The notes beneath the pieces were generated by a model, which was not told where the DNA came from, ran no database searches, and saw only the letters and a program-made list of their open reading frames with translations. The position numbers and the translations under genes were made by a program. DNA of 63,238 nucleotides, counting the filler, from Octopus bimaculoides (taxonomy: Eukaryota): assembly GCF_001194135.2 (NCBI RefSeq). It is 6 parts of 5 records of this genome, joined end to end, with 100 filler letters (N's around TTAATTAATTAA, not from the genome) between each part and the next. Parts side by side here need not be neighbours in the genome. Positions count along the whole stretch, not along the records: positions 1 to 18,952 come from NC_068993.1; 5 more parts are not named here. One strand, given 5' to 3'. This document shows positions 1 through 13,670 of this stretch, in pieces. Each line of letters starts with the position of its first letter. Position 1 is the stretch's first letter.

Positions 1-64
1 TACATTCAATACTTTATTTCATGGTGCCATCCATTTTTATTTTATTTTATTTTATTTTATATTA

Positions 65-244
65 TATATTGTATATTATATTATATATTGTATATTCCAT
101 ATTCTATACCCCACATTGGTTCTGCAGGAATATAATTAAAACATAAAAAACAGACAGTGTTGGAACTCTTTTAAACAAAATAATATATTCCTCTATACAC
201 AATCATACAAATAAACAACAACCTTTTTTGTATTTATTTTTACT

Positions 245-260
<16 letters not shown>
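65..260 (+). repeat. Interspersed repeat or duplicated segment, copy 1 (copy 2 at 19053-19230)
   Basis: About 180 bp (atattccatattctatacc...ttttactcgcatatata) recurs with few substitutions immediately after the linker at 19053. Confidence 0.8.
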
Positions 261-285
<25 letters not shown>

Positions 286-1071
286 TCGCACACACACATA
301 CATATATACACATATATATACACACATGTGTATGTGTTAAAGACCTATTTATTTACATTCATACATATGTATATATATATATATATGTATGTATATATAC
401 ATTCACACCCACACATCCACACGTACACAAAGACACACTTACAGAATCACATCAACTGCATTGTATAGTTATCTTGGCTTCTATGAATGCATATATCCGT
501 CTTCACGTAATAAGTAGTTTTCAGGAAAACTTAATTTTCTTATCCTAAAAGGATGGTAAATCTAAAAAAGAACATCGCTGTTCATTAAACAGCTAAATAT
601 AGTAAATCTTTCTTGCTACTAATCATGAGTAAAACAAAATTTAATACATACACTTAACGTGTCACGCAATTGTATCTAAGTGTTACTATATTTATACTTA
701 AGATATTGTCGTTTTCCTGTTGTTTTGGGATTTAGAGTGAAACACAACACTGAAGTGTGACATCTCACACATTTAGCCAATTGTTTTCTTTACTTAATCG
801 TAGACTTTCCTACCGTAACTAAATACGTCTTGTCTAAATGTTCTATACAATGGCTTTTACTACCTGGAAGCTATATTTTTGTTTGAGCAGTTCTACATTT
901 ACATCATTGTTAGTATATAGTACCGGAGATAGAACTTAAAAGGTTAGATGTCTTAACATATTTTCAAGGAAGTGGGGAAACATCCGAGAATGTCCACTTT
1001 CCAAAATAGCTATGGTATTTACAATTTATATCACTGAAACTTGGAACTCAGAAAGTAAGAGTTCAGAAATA

Positions 1072-1189
1072 CTAGGTTGAGGAAAAATTTCGTGCGCCGT
1101 TTTAAAATAATGAACTGAATGACCATACACAAAAATATATATAAAAAGCATTATTTTAACACGGTGCACGAGCTTCATCCTCATCTTAA
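1072..1189. mobile_element. Mariner-type MITE (~118 bp)
   Basis: Imperfect TIRs: ctaggttgaggaaaaatttcgtgcgccgtttt versus reverse complement of aacacggtgcacgagcttcatcctcatcttaa; TA on both flanks; ends resemble mariner TIRs. Confidence 0.6.
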
Positions 1190-1559
1190 TATTTGAAGAG
1201 CTGTCCTGTTTTGCTAAAATATTTCTAAAGAGAACCGCATCATATTAAGGTACTATCATGTGCCAAGAATATGGTTCACTTTCTCCTTTTGTCACCATGT
1301 CTAATTTTCAGTCATAAAAAGGAAGCCCCTGCAGTCAAATAATCTCACTTATTTTATGTTAATTGCATCGTTCGACTCATCAGCCAGCCACTACTCGACT
1401 GGTACTTTGAACTCAAGGCGTAACGATGGATGACATGCCGCTGAGCTTTCGCCCGGTGTGCTAACTCTTCTGACAGCTCGCAGCCTCAGAAAAAGTTAAG
1501 ACAGTAGTTTCCAGGGAGGCTCCTAATCCACTTTAATATTTGTGTTATGCTTAATTTAC

Positions 1560-3150
1560 CTCAGAGTTTTAGTATTAAGAAAGACAAAGGCGCAGTAACA
1601 GTTTGAAGATAGAAAAGGAAAAATTAACCATTTACTTTATATTGATGATATGAAACTCTTTTAGTAAGAATGTAAACGAGATAGATTCCTTACTACAAAC
1701 TGTGAAACTCTTCAACAAAGATTTTGGTATGGAGTTAGCATAGATTAGTGCACAATATTAGTCATAAAAAAGGCAAAGGTAGTCAGCAGTGAGGGAATCC
1801 AATTACCAGATGGCCAGACAAAATCATTGAAAGAAGGAGAGAGTTATAAGTATCTATGAGTATTAGATCTAACAGAGTGCTAAGTATAGAAGTGAAAGCG
1901 AAAATTGAGCAGGAGCACATCGATAAGGTGAGGAAGCTAATGAAGCCAAAGGTAAATGGCCTCCACCAAGTGAAGTTTGTAAATATATGGGCAGTATCGC
2001 TACTTAGACATTTAGCAGCTTTTGTAGATTGGACAAGATCTGAATTAGCAAATCTAGGCAGAAGAACTAGAAAGAATTATAAATATGAATGGAGAACTTC
2101 CCCCGTGAGCAGGAGTAGTATGATTATACCTACCGAAAAAGGAAGATAGTAGAGATTTAATATCAGTAGAAGACGACCAGCAGTTAGCTAGATATAGCCT
2201 CCCCTGTAGGTAATAATGAAGAAAGTTTATTAAGAGCTGCTAGAATAACTGTAAGAGAAAGGGAAACCGAAAATCTAAAAAGAAGTTAAAAACCAGAAAA
2301 CAGAAACAAGATTAAATGACAGGCAAGAGAGGGCTTTGCATGGTAGATTCCCCAAAACAGTTAAAGGAAATAGTAAGAGTGAGACATGATTATGGTGCAG
2401 AAAAGAAGGCTGAAAAGAAGATAGAAAGTTTATTTATAGCAGCAGAAGATCAAGCATTGAGGACTAATTTGATAAAAGCTAAGATAGACAAAAAACAGGT
2501 AGATTCCCAATGTAGGTTATGTAAATCAAAAAAGGAAAGCCACTTATATAGTAAATGAACCTAGTATGCTGGCATAGAAAGAATATAAGAAACATGACAA
2601 TCAAGGCGAATAATCCACTAGGAGTTATGTAGAAAGCTAGGATTTGACCATACTGATAAATAGTATGAGCATGAACCTAGTAAAGTTCTAGAAACTAATA
2701 AATATAAGATATTATTTAATTTTAACATTCAAATTGAAAGAGTAATAGAAGTTAAAAGGCCTGACCTAGTAGTAGTAGAGAAAGAGGATAGTAGAAAGTG
2801 CCAGGTAATTGACTTTACCGTCCCAAATAATGAGAAAGTCAATATGAGAGGTCCTCAAAATACCAGGACGTAGCCATTGTGTTACAGACACTATGGAAAC
2901 TGCGGGTAAAATAAAATGTACCCCTGTAGTTATAGGTACATTAAGAATTATCCCTAAATATTTGAACAGATGGATAGAGGAAATACACGCAAGACCTAGC
3001 TAAGTGCAGCTTCGAAAACAGTGTTATTAAGGACATTAAGGATATTTAGGAAGATATTTGACATGTAAGGTTACTTGCTGTATCCTGGTGTTATGAGTTC
3101 TTCTTTTCTAACAGTCTACTCTGTTGAGCATATATGGAATAATAATAACA
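1560..3150 (+). mobile_element. Decayed 5'-truncated R4/Dong-clade non-LTR retrotransposon (RT, zinc finger, restriction-like endonuclease)
   Basis: Broken frames give INHLLYIDDMKLF (YxDD at 1638-1649), EGIQLPDG..YKYL, ALRTNLIKAKIDKKQVDSQCRLC, KRPDLVVVEK..VIDFTVP (PD..D RLE motif) and C-terminal KTVLLRTLRIFRKIFDM*. A 3' UTR and (AAT)n tail follow. Many stops and frameshifts. Confidence 0.88.
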
Positions 3151-3169
3151 ACAAAAGAGCAATAAAAAC

Positions 3170-3385
3170 AATGATTTCAGATTTTAGCACAATGCCTGAA
3201 ATTTTTGGGGAGGGGTAAGCTGATTGCATCGACTCCAGTACTCAGCTGGTACTTAATTTATCGACTCCGAAAGGAAGAAAGCCAAAGTAGAACAAGGCGA
3301 AATTAAAACACAGAACCTAAAGACGGTGGATGAAATGCTGTTAAGGATTTTGTCCGATGAACTAACGATTCTGCCAACTTGCCGT

Positions 3386-3388
<3 letters not shown>
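3170..3388 (-). mobile_element. SINE family A (tRNA-like head ggcgagctggcagaatcgttagc...)
   Basis: Diverged reverse-complement match to other family-A copies; head abuts the (AAT)n tract at 3390-3475. Confidence 0.75.
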
Positions 3389-3462
<74 letters not shown>

Positions 3463-3520
3463 CAACAACAACATCGAAAAATACCTTAGAAATGAGAACC
3501 CAGGTTCCAAATTTCCCCAA

Positions 3521-3566
3521 GACACCTGATGAACGCCGGAGGGTATATCAGCCAAAACGTTGTGTT
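3521..3566 (+). ncRNA. Degenerate minimal type I hammerhead-ribozyme-like motif
   Basis: GACAC-CUGAUGA-A-(cgccggagggtatatcagcc)-AAAAC-GUU-GUGUU. Helix I GACAC/GUGUU pairs and the AACGUU palindrome is present, but G12 appears mutated to A and helix II is imperfect. Confidence 0.5.
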
Positions 3567-5028
3567 AACAACAAACAAGATGAGGATAAATATCCGTCAA
3601 ATGTAAATAATGTAAATAATGTACATTATTGCTCATGTCTTAAATATAGAACTGTCATAATTTTCTTGTTTATTTTTAAAAAAACATTCTCTAGAACAAT
3701 ACTATGTGCAAAACCAAATATATGACACCCTAGGCATAACACCAACATGAACTTCTAACTTGTTGTCTCTTGAGGTCTCTGGGTGAGACTTGAAGTCTCA
3801 CACAGACAAACCAAATTAATAATAATAATAATGGTATTTTTACTGCTTACGACATGAGGCTATCATTTATTAGGTAATGGGTTAGTTTATTATATAGACT
3901 CCCATACGTGACTGGTACTTATTATAAACTTCAAAAGGATCAATAGCAGACTTGACCACGATGCGAGATTTGAATTCGCAACGTTAAAACTCGGAAAGAA
4001 AAAAACACTGTTATGTAAATTTTCGACACTCTCTCGATTCTGGAGACCGGTCAGAATTGTACGAGCCGGTCACCAGGCAAATTTTGGAAATAAATATATT
4101 CTCGCAAACCATACTCGCCATTCTCATGCCTTTTTCCAGCCAATATATTGAAAGCAGAATTTTCTTCTAAACTTCTTATTCATCATTAAAGAGTACTCCA
4201 AGAATTTGATGTTGAAATGTTGCCCAACACACAACCACTTTCGTCACGGCCACCGAACAGAAACAACTGTTTCACCTGCCAAAGGAAAGTAACAGATGGA
4301 GTCGTTAGAATCGACTCGTCCTACACGCGACAGTTGTTCCGAATACCTCGATGTTCAGTCACAGAAAAGCTTCATCGCACTGGGTGCATCTTGAACAGAC
4401 GACACTTTGTGACCAGTAAAGTTTATCGAAACAACCATGAGGACACCTCTTATTCTAGAGACTTATGGACGGTGTCTGTAATGATTGAAAATGCACTGGA
4501 ATAGAATACTCAGTTGCTGCTTATTGATGTGTAGCATTAGACACAGAACATTGTTGCAGTAACACTCTTCCTCTGTAAAATGCAAGGGTTGAAGAACAAC
4601 TATCGGCATTTCCCAACTATAAGTAGAAAAGCTGTACAAAGGTATGACAAAGGACTAGCAAACAGTTTTACAGTACAGTAATCCCTGCTGATACTTTAGC
4701 CCAAACGCATTTAAGCGTTTAATCAAATACCGTATACTGAATGAACCCTGCAGAGAGAGTTGAAAGCATATCGATCTTCTTACCAGTAGAGTGTGTATCA
4801 TACTAAAACAAAAAAAAATGTGTAGATGCTATAATTTGGTAGGGTGAATGCTGGTAGCGGGGTTCGAAGGTGTGACTATCAAACATCTCTTTCTGCTTCC
4901 TCTATTTTATTTATTTACTTCTCTTTTTATATATTTCTGATTTAAGTTTTGGCAGTTGCTACGTTATTGTTGAAATTGACTGACATGCAGTCACTATATT
5001 AGTATTTATGCTTATATACATGTATGTA

Positions 5029-5215
5029 CGAGTTGATATCAAAAAGTTCCCGAACTAGTTACGTTTAATAAAAAACGACTTATTTACCTAGATTTTAACA
5101 TTTTTTTTCCTTCATAATAGTCACCTTGTGCAGCAATACACCGGCCGCAGGGTTCCTGCTACCTTTGTAATCCGGCCTCGAAGTCGTTTTCCGTAAGCGT
5201 GTTGAGATAATAGAA
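5029..5215 (-). mobile_element. Mariner transposon 3' fragment (transposase C-terminus plus TIR)
   Basis: Minus strand reads LNTLTENDFEAGLQR*QEPCGRCIAAQGDYYEG (mariner C-terminal W..RW..C...GDYFE pattern); TA followed by TIR cgagttgatatcaaaaagttccc. Confidence 0.8.
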
Positions 5216-5302
5216 GTTGTGCATATCAAGTACTTTTAGGATACATAGTTATCAATGGCTCCACAACTGGAATTGATGATTACCATCGAAATGTATGCAT
5301 GC

Positions 5303-5404
<102 letters not shown>

Positions 5405-7124
5405 ATACATACCCAAAATAACCTGAATCTTGTCATTTTATTTTATTCACTATTCACTTAGTTTGACATGTTTACACATTCATTGCCTTCAAAGACGTTT
5501 CTATTTGAAGCAATACATTGGTCCAGGTACGTTTTCCTCTATTGTAAGCAGCACTATTCTAAGCAGCAACGCCGCCTAGCCAAGCAGCTACTTTGTGCTG
5601 ATAAATGGCCATAATCCATAAAGCGGTCCACATATGTTGCTTTGTGCTAGATGGGGGTGCTGGGCCTGTGATAGAAAATATCTGGACACAGATACTCTAT
5701 AGTATAGCCAGCTGGAAACGATGCTTCCTGGGCTAAAGAACAGTGACAATGTCCCATCCAGGGTAGCCACATTATTTTGGCAAATAGTCTTTACTTTATA
5801 TATATATATATATATATACATATGTATGATACGTATACATATTGCATGCATTCGTGAACAAAAATGTGAGTGTGCAGAATTCTATGAGTTTGCAAGTTTG
5901 TAAAAAAGCATGTACGACGGTCATGAATCAAATCCATTAGAAATTATGCTTAATGGCTTGCAGGTAATTGGTGCCAAACTAAACGCTCCTTCATCTACGC
6001 ATGTGCATGTTGAATCGTTCATGTGTGTACTTGCTAAACTGTATTACATTCAAGCATTCCAACTGTTATCCGTAGTGACTATTTTTTTTTAAAAAACGTC
6101 CATTTAATTGACGTTAAATTTGCCCATCCTTTCACATTTCCTTGTTTATTAATAATCTAATAATCAATGAAATAATGAATTTTCTTAAATGTTGTTAATT
6201 GAACATGCAAAGAATTTTAATATTGGAAAATTCTGAATGATCTTTTCCGTACCGTATTTTGTTGAAAATTTCAGGAAGAAAACATAATCTTTACATTAAA
6301 AGTGTTCATTTTTTTTCTAAATTGTACCATTTAATTAGATCGCAAATAGAAATTTTTGTTAATCTGATAATTAATTGCACCCTTTACATTTAACGAATCA
6401 AATCAATCATACTCCAAATGTTATCTGTTGATTTACATTTTACATATAACTTTGAAAAGCTTTATGTTAAATGGCTTTAGTGTCAAATGTCCGGACTAAA
6501 ATACATACTGCGATAAGTCGACAGGCAACTTTATGTTACCTAATGTAATTATGTAATAAGTCTTTTCTTTGGCTCTGTTTCTCTTCAGCATTTATAATTC
6601 ATATGTAGACTTCGCTGCATAAATAATTGTGACATAGCATTTAGCAACTAAGGGAAAAATAAATGCTATGTCATAATTATTATGAGTCATTCACGAACAC
6701 CATATAAATGCATTTAAATTCCAGCCAAGTGATATCTACGATGAAATCTCGTTTTCCCTATTGGATCGTTTCAGCTCGATGCGTTTCACTTGCGGGTCAC
6801 ACTAGTATTCTTATATTTGGAAAGGAATGGTATCTCTTTCGTTGGTTACTTTCACTAGGCTACATGCATTAGTAATGGAATAAAAATATTTCTTTGAAAT
6901 ATTTTCAATTTTAAATTAATATTTTCATACCGTATTAAGTATTATTTCCTTAAACTAAAAGATGATAGGAAAACTGAAAATCTATTTTGTTTCAGTCATT
7001 GAACTGCAATTTTGCTGGGACACCGCCTTTGGGTAGGTGAGCAAATCGACTCCAGCATATATTTATTTTTTTAAGTGTCGTATTTATTCAATCTATATCT
7101 ATTGCCGAAAGCACTAAGTCTCAG

Positions 7125-7158
<34 letters not shown>

Positions 7159-7586
7159 TGTATGTATGTATGTATGTATGTATGTATGTGTGTATGTATG
7201 CATGTATGTATGTATGTATACTGCAGACTTCTTTCAGTTTCCGTCTAGCAAATACATACACAAGGCAGTTGTCAGTTCTCTAAAATTGTTCTCTAAAATT
7301 GTGCATGAAGTGGGACTGAATCCGAAGCCTCAAGATTTCAGGAGTAAAAGCCATCAAAGGAATCTCAAGTTGGAATTGAAACTAAGCAGCTTCTATTGAC
7401 ACAGCCATCAGTTCTTTTTACTGCACGAATGTATGACCTGTAGTTTAACACTTTCGGTTTATCCTTTCTATCAGAACAATAGTAGTTTTAATTCAAACAC
7501 TTGGTAGCAGATGCATAAAGAAATCATTCAACCAGGCTTTCATATTTTTACTAGATTGCATTTTACTTCTATTATTTTGTGTGTAT

Positions 7587-7804
7587 GGTGGCGAGGTAAC
7601 AGAAATATTAGCACGCCGGGCGAAATGCTGTGCGGTATTTCAACTGTCTTCATGTTCTGAGTTCAAATTCCGCCGAGGCCGACTTTGTCTTTCATCCTTT
7701 CGGGGTCGATAAATTAAATACCAGTTGCGTGATGGAGTCGATCTAATTGACTGACCCCGTTCCCTAAAAATTTCGAGCCTTGTGCCTAGAAGAGAAAAGA
7801 TTAT

Positions 7805-7805
<1 letters not shown>
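7587..7805 (+). mobile_element. SINE family A, tail-B type (...aaaatttcgagccttgtgcctagaagagaaaagattatt)
   Basis: tRNA-like head with B-box-like gagttcaaattcc, conserved body and ATT tail. Confidence 0.85.
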
Positions 7806-7870
<65 letters not shown>

Positions 7871-9069
7871 ATATGCTGGATATTTAGTCACAGCTGTTTG
7901 ATGATGTCATTGCAAAATATTTCATATAACATTGTACATTAGTCCATGTAAGTCATGTATACCAAGACCTTTTCTAATATACATTGATGCTAAATATAAG
8001 CCAGCTTGTAATTTATAGTTTGAACATCACATAATAAATTTCTTTGATACATTGACTGTTGTTAGCTAGAAAATTATCATCCTATCTTCCTGAATATGGA
8101 AGCAGCTGCTAATTAATTTCAACCCTCAACTGTTTGGGAAGCAATAAGCTCATAAATCTTTGTTATTGATGCAAGAATAGTCGAAGTAATAATGTATTCA
8201 GCTATAAATTCATTCATATTTAGAGTCTATATCTAGTGAAAAATACTTTCTTCTGTCCACTTTCGCTTGTGTGATGAATTTCATTATTGAAGATCGATAC
8301 ATAGAACAGCCTAGGACAAAATTCAATTTCCAATTGGATGTATGATAATGAAAGCAGTGTAGCATAATTCTGGAATAAATGGAAATGCAACGCATCGCGT
8401 GTGGCAAACCGGCGTATATTAATAATAAATCGCAATAAATATTAAATGTTGAGTTTATTTTTTGCTGAGTTATGGTGTGCAATTATATGTGGGAATAGGA
8501 TGAGATTTTATCACACCAAAACATCTCAAAGGTATCTCAGGTAAAAGTGTAGCAAACAGGGTTCGGTCTGGAATGGAACTTCAGTTGGTTGAGAGCTTAC
8601 GTCCTGTAAACGGCAATCGGTTATATAAAATAATACTGACGAAAATGTTCGGTTAGGAGATGAAATAATACTGCAAGTTGATCAGTGTCGGAAGCAACCA
8701 AAGAGAACGGCTTTCTATTCGCTTGAATGAAATGAACAGGCGGCTATTCATAATTATGTCTAGTGTTCAACCTGCTTAGTATTCATAGATAATAGGTTGT
8801 TAAATACTCTACTTCTATGGCTTTGATTTTCTAAATATAGATGGTACTTATGTCAAATATAAATATTAAGAAGGTCAGTTTCTTGAACGGGATGTTTATA
8901 TATATATATATACAGAAAGAGAGTGATAGAGAGTCAGATAGAGACAGATAGAAGACAGACAGTGGAGAGAGAGAGAGAGAGAGTCAGAGAATGAAAGAGC
9001 GAAGGAGACAGAAAGACAGCCAAACAGACAGATAGTGAGAGAAAGAGTGTGTGTGTGTGTGTGTGTGTA

Positions 9070-9135
<66 letters not shown>

Positions 9136-9863
9136 CAGTACACTTCGTTAAAAGTGAAACGACTGTAGGACACATGAATTTATCATTAGGTATAAATGTA
9201 CTTAGGAGATGTAATTATAGAATAAATAATGAAAGTATTTCTATAGTAATATTATTATACGCGAATAGACATATCACATTGTGTAAAACTATGTTGGCAT
9301 GTACGAACAAACCTTATAAGTTTATCCTATAGAATTAATTTCCTTTTAAGCATAAAATCATAATTCTACATGAATGGATATAAAAAAGGAAAAGTATTAA
9401 TACATGAGCGTGATTGTAGATTTCATAGCATGAATGGGTACATATTCATGAGAATGGAAAGTGCGAGTGTATTTGTGAATAAATGTATATGTATGTATAT
9501 GTACGTATGTGTTCAAGTAAATTTATTAGTTTAATAGCCTGAGTCTTGATTCAAACAGGCATGACTGCAAGAACGAATACAATATTTCTAAAATGATAAC
9601 TAAAACAAAATCTATGTACTACTAACATCTTATTTAATCTTAATATCAGCTACTGACGAGTACAAATATGACTATTACTATTTTCTATTTATGAATATCT
9701 GAGTCTTTTTTGTATGTAATAAATTGTACAGCAACATGAAAAAAATAAATACTATAATCCATTTTAACATCTAATCTCCTTCACTACGTAAATATGAATG
9801 AATTTGTTGAACTGTGTTTAATAAGCTAAATCATATACTGATTATATATATATATATATATAT

Positions 9864-10579
9864 TGATGGGAAAAGGTAAGACAACAAAAGAAAGAAAGGG
9901 ACTTCGATATTATGTAGAGGAATTTATCTGTAAATAATATGCGACAATTATTCAGTAGCCATGATAAAAATCCGAGTTTTGGATGTCGGGGTGGAAACCC
10001 ACGCCGCTATCTCTTCAGTTATCTGGCCGTTGAAAAATGCTACGAAAATGACCGTTATACAAAGGGAAATTACTGTGTGATTGACCGTTATTAAGACAAA
10101 AGAGCTATTGGAATGATCGCTAAGTAAGGGGAGGGAGAAAAGAGAAGGGAGTAAAAATGTCCATAGTATTCGCGTAAGCGCACCAGTCCCTACATAAACA
10201 CGCGCGTGTGTGTGTGAGCGTGTATATGGGTATATATATCTTTTTTGGCATATTTATGTATTTATTTCATTTTTGTATTTGGTTTACAAGATTCTTTATG
10301 TTAATTCTTGTTTTGAAGCATATTTTATTGTGTCTGAAGAGATTCATTCTCTTTTAGTGCCTTATTACTTAACACACTAACCGATTCTGTTGCCCCTTAT
10401 TTACTCATTTACTTTCTTTTTAAATGTTCGTTGCGTCTTGCAACCTTTTCAATTGTCATTGACTCTTAACAACCATTGAGAAGGTTGCAAGACGCAACGA
10501 AAGTTTCAGAAAAAATAAATTAGTAAATGAGAAGAAATCGAACCAGTGAATTTGTTAAGTAATAAGGTACTAAAAGAGA

Positions 10580-10581
<2 letters not shown>
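9864..10581 (-). mobile_element. (TA)n-flanked repeat carrying a hammerhead-like motif (9957-10028) and a long fold-back (10346-10581); probably Penelope-like terminal-repeat derived
   Basis: Hammerhead-like core and inverted arms are seen in the sequence; the PLE origin is inference. Confidence 0.45.
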
Positions 10582-10610
<29 letters not shown>

Positions 10611-13600
10611 GTTAAAGTTGTGGGGGGGGGGGCGTGCGTGTGAACTTGTGCAATGCAATGAATCCAACAAAATATACATTGTTTCGCCCGAAGGCTGGTC
10701 AGAGTCATTTACCTATACACAGAAGGCAAATACACCCAGGGTAGAATGATAACCATACAGGTATATGTGGGTTGAGAGTGGAGCATGGTGTATTGAATTG
10801 CCAGTAGGGGCTGGGATGATAGTAGAGGTGATAATGCTATTGAAGCTGATCACGATGGTGATTGATGTTGAATATGCTGATAGTGGTGCTCCAACATGGT
10901 GGTGATATTTAAGATAACAAAGGCGGGGATGATGGGGAGGTTTGAGGACAGTGATGAGTGATGATGATGATATATATAAAGGCGCAAAGTGAAGTTGGTA
11001 TCAGTGAAAATTTATAGTGGTAACTACGGGAGGTGCTTGCACTATAAATTGGAAGTGGGTTTAATGGCGAAGTATAATGATGATGATCGTCATGATGATC
11101 ATCATGATGATGGTGATGAAGTGAGCTTTCTTTGAGCTATTTTTTTAATCTGATGGTTTACTTCAAGGTAATATTATGTTTCCTGTATTAATTACGCTTT
11201 CTCGTTTCTTCTAATTGCTTCCTCTAATCACACACACAAACACACGCTCACAAACACACTCACGGACGCATACACACTCTCAAGTACACAGTCAAAAACA
11301 CCAACCCTCTCACACAGTGTTAATCTGATGAAATCAGCTTTCGCTTCCGCTGTAACGCCGGAATTAAATTTCTATACATATCTAACCATGAACCTCACCG
11401 TTACCCTGCAGGGTGGGCTGAAAACATCTCCGATGATAGCATGACAATGTAGAGATGTCCTTACATTTATCATAAAAACTAAATTATAAACAACGTAGAG
11501 CAAAACTCATTATAGATGAAGGCCTCAGATTCTCTGATATAATTTGGTGGTGGCTATATAACATTGTTAAAACTGCATTGCAATGTTTCTTTTTCTTCTT
11601 TTTGCCTACAAGCATCTTTCTGCCCTGGTATACGGCCCTGAACAAAATCCAAGTACAAATACTCATTAGTATTCTGCTCACATATATAACGTTTCGAGCT
11701 GTATACACTTTCTAGGTCTCTTCAAGAAACTGCAAAATTTCTCTCTCCTTCCCTCTCTCTCTCTTATTCTTTCTTTATCTCTCTCTCTCTTTGTTTATCG
11801 ATCTGTCTCTCCCGCTCTCCCAGGTTTTTCTCTTTCTCTCTATCCTAATTTTCTCTATCTCCTCTTCTCCCAACTTAAAAGCTGCGGGCTCCGTCTGGTG
11901 AAGCCATCTTGATGTACCCGTCATTTCTATTTAGATAATCTCAAAGTAAACACTTTATTGAATATTCTCTCCAGAGAAGGTAGCTCTCTCTTTCTTACTC
12001 GCTGTTTTCTAATATTTCTGCTACAGGCATCAAGTTACAAAATTTCAAGCTGAACATTAACTGCTATTGATCTCAGCATTCTTGCGGTAGAGATGAAAAG
12101 AACATGGGCGCTGCGACTTCCTCTGATTAAAGAAATAAATAAAACATAGTGATAGACGAAATCATATACTATAAAACGTTTGGTTACTATTTCTCTCCAC
12201 TCGATGCCATATTGAATATATGTGCCTCTTTGGTACTGAAATAGATCTACTTCTGCAATTAGAGAAGTCATCTTTGAACATCTGGTCTGAATAAGGTCAA
12301 TATGACGGAAGGTGCACTGAAAACAAAACGAAAAAAATGCGGAATACATTGTTTTAGTAATTTTATTTTGTGTATCTTCTCCTTTAGAAGGATATTCTAG
12401 AAATGTGTGACGCGACATATAAAGTTGTAATCAGCAGATAGTGTCAGATTTTCAGACGTCCTACCACGTCCCATGAAGTAGAAAAGAAAAAAAGAAGATA
12501 AAATTGTACAAAACGTTAGCTATAATTTCTGTTAGATTCTATGCTACTTTTAAGCGACAGAGGCCATTTTAAAATACTTTATATTGAAACATGGATTTTT
12601 TATCTCAGTAAGGAAATACTGTACAAAGATGGTAAGGTCTATGTTGATAGAACTTATTGTCAAGGATAAGTAGCGAGGAAGTTCATAATAAGCCCATTTA
12701 ATTGTCTGTTACTCCACTGCGACACACACATATTAAGGCATTTCTGCCTTGACAAATATAATCTATGACTCTTTGTATGGGTTGTAATAAATCTTCTTCT
12801 TAGATAATGTGTTTTTGTTAAAGTAACGACTTCTTTAATTTCTTTTGTTTACCTAACGAAAAGATTGCGTTTACCACTTTAACAAGACTTTTGGAAAAGA
12901 TGTTATCTTCCTATGCTTAAAATCAAATATCAGTTTTACTATTATTTCATTTTATTGTACCTTTTACCTTACAGATATTCGTTATTTTTTAACTTACGGT
13001 AATTTCAAATATTCTCCATCGAGAGTTAAGCTGTATTCTAATTCATGCAAATTAATCAGGAATTCTACCGTATTGCTGAGTACTTTTAAAACGTGACTCA
13101 ATAGTTTGTTCCTACAGCAAATCAATTTTGCCTCTTTACTTGCAGAATATTTGTAATGGACTAAATAATAAAATCAACAAGAAACAGAATAAATGTCCGC
13201 CTCATTATTCCTAATGATTTGATGCATTTCTTTCATTATAGTAGACATATGTCTGAAGAACATTTCATTGGTAGTAATTACACACATTTCATGATCTCTT
13301 TAGGTGAATAAATTTCATAATTTTCCTACTTCTTGACTTTAAATATATTTTCATTCGACATGTGTACTTTTCTGAAATGTTGTTAGCATTCGTCGAAACT
13401 TGGCTACGATAATGTTGTTTGCATCGTCATCAAATACCATAAGAGTTGGGAATAGCTTTATTGCAAACCTTTAAATTATGTAATATCTTAGCTGCTTACA
13501 TGAAGTGTAAGAGATTGTAACATGAACGCTTAGTTTAAACGCTGTAAATATCATAAAATCAGTTGTCCAAATCAATTTGTATCACCCTGTCACAATACTC

Positions 13601-13670
13601 CGCAAGAAAATCACGAGGCAAAGCCTGAACACATGGATGATTGCTTTACCTGCAAGAAACAGCAGCCAGA

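Noticed and set aside
4100-4750. 95-aa ORF and GC-richer block, possibly an old DNA transposon
   Set aside because: No diagnostic catalytic motif recognised in any frame.
12035-12418. 127-aa minus-strand ORF
   Set aside because: No recognisable motif; adjacent sequence (11880-12030) only weakly resembles a Penelope C-terminus.
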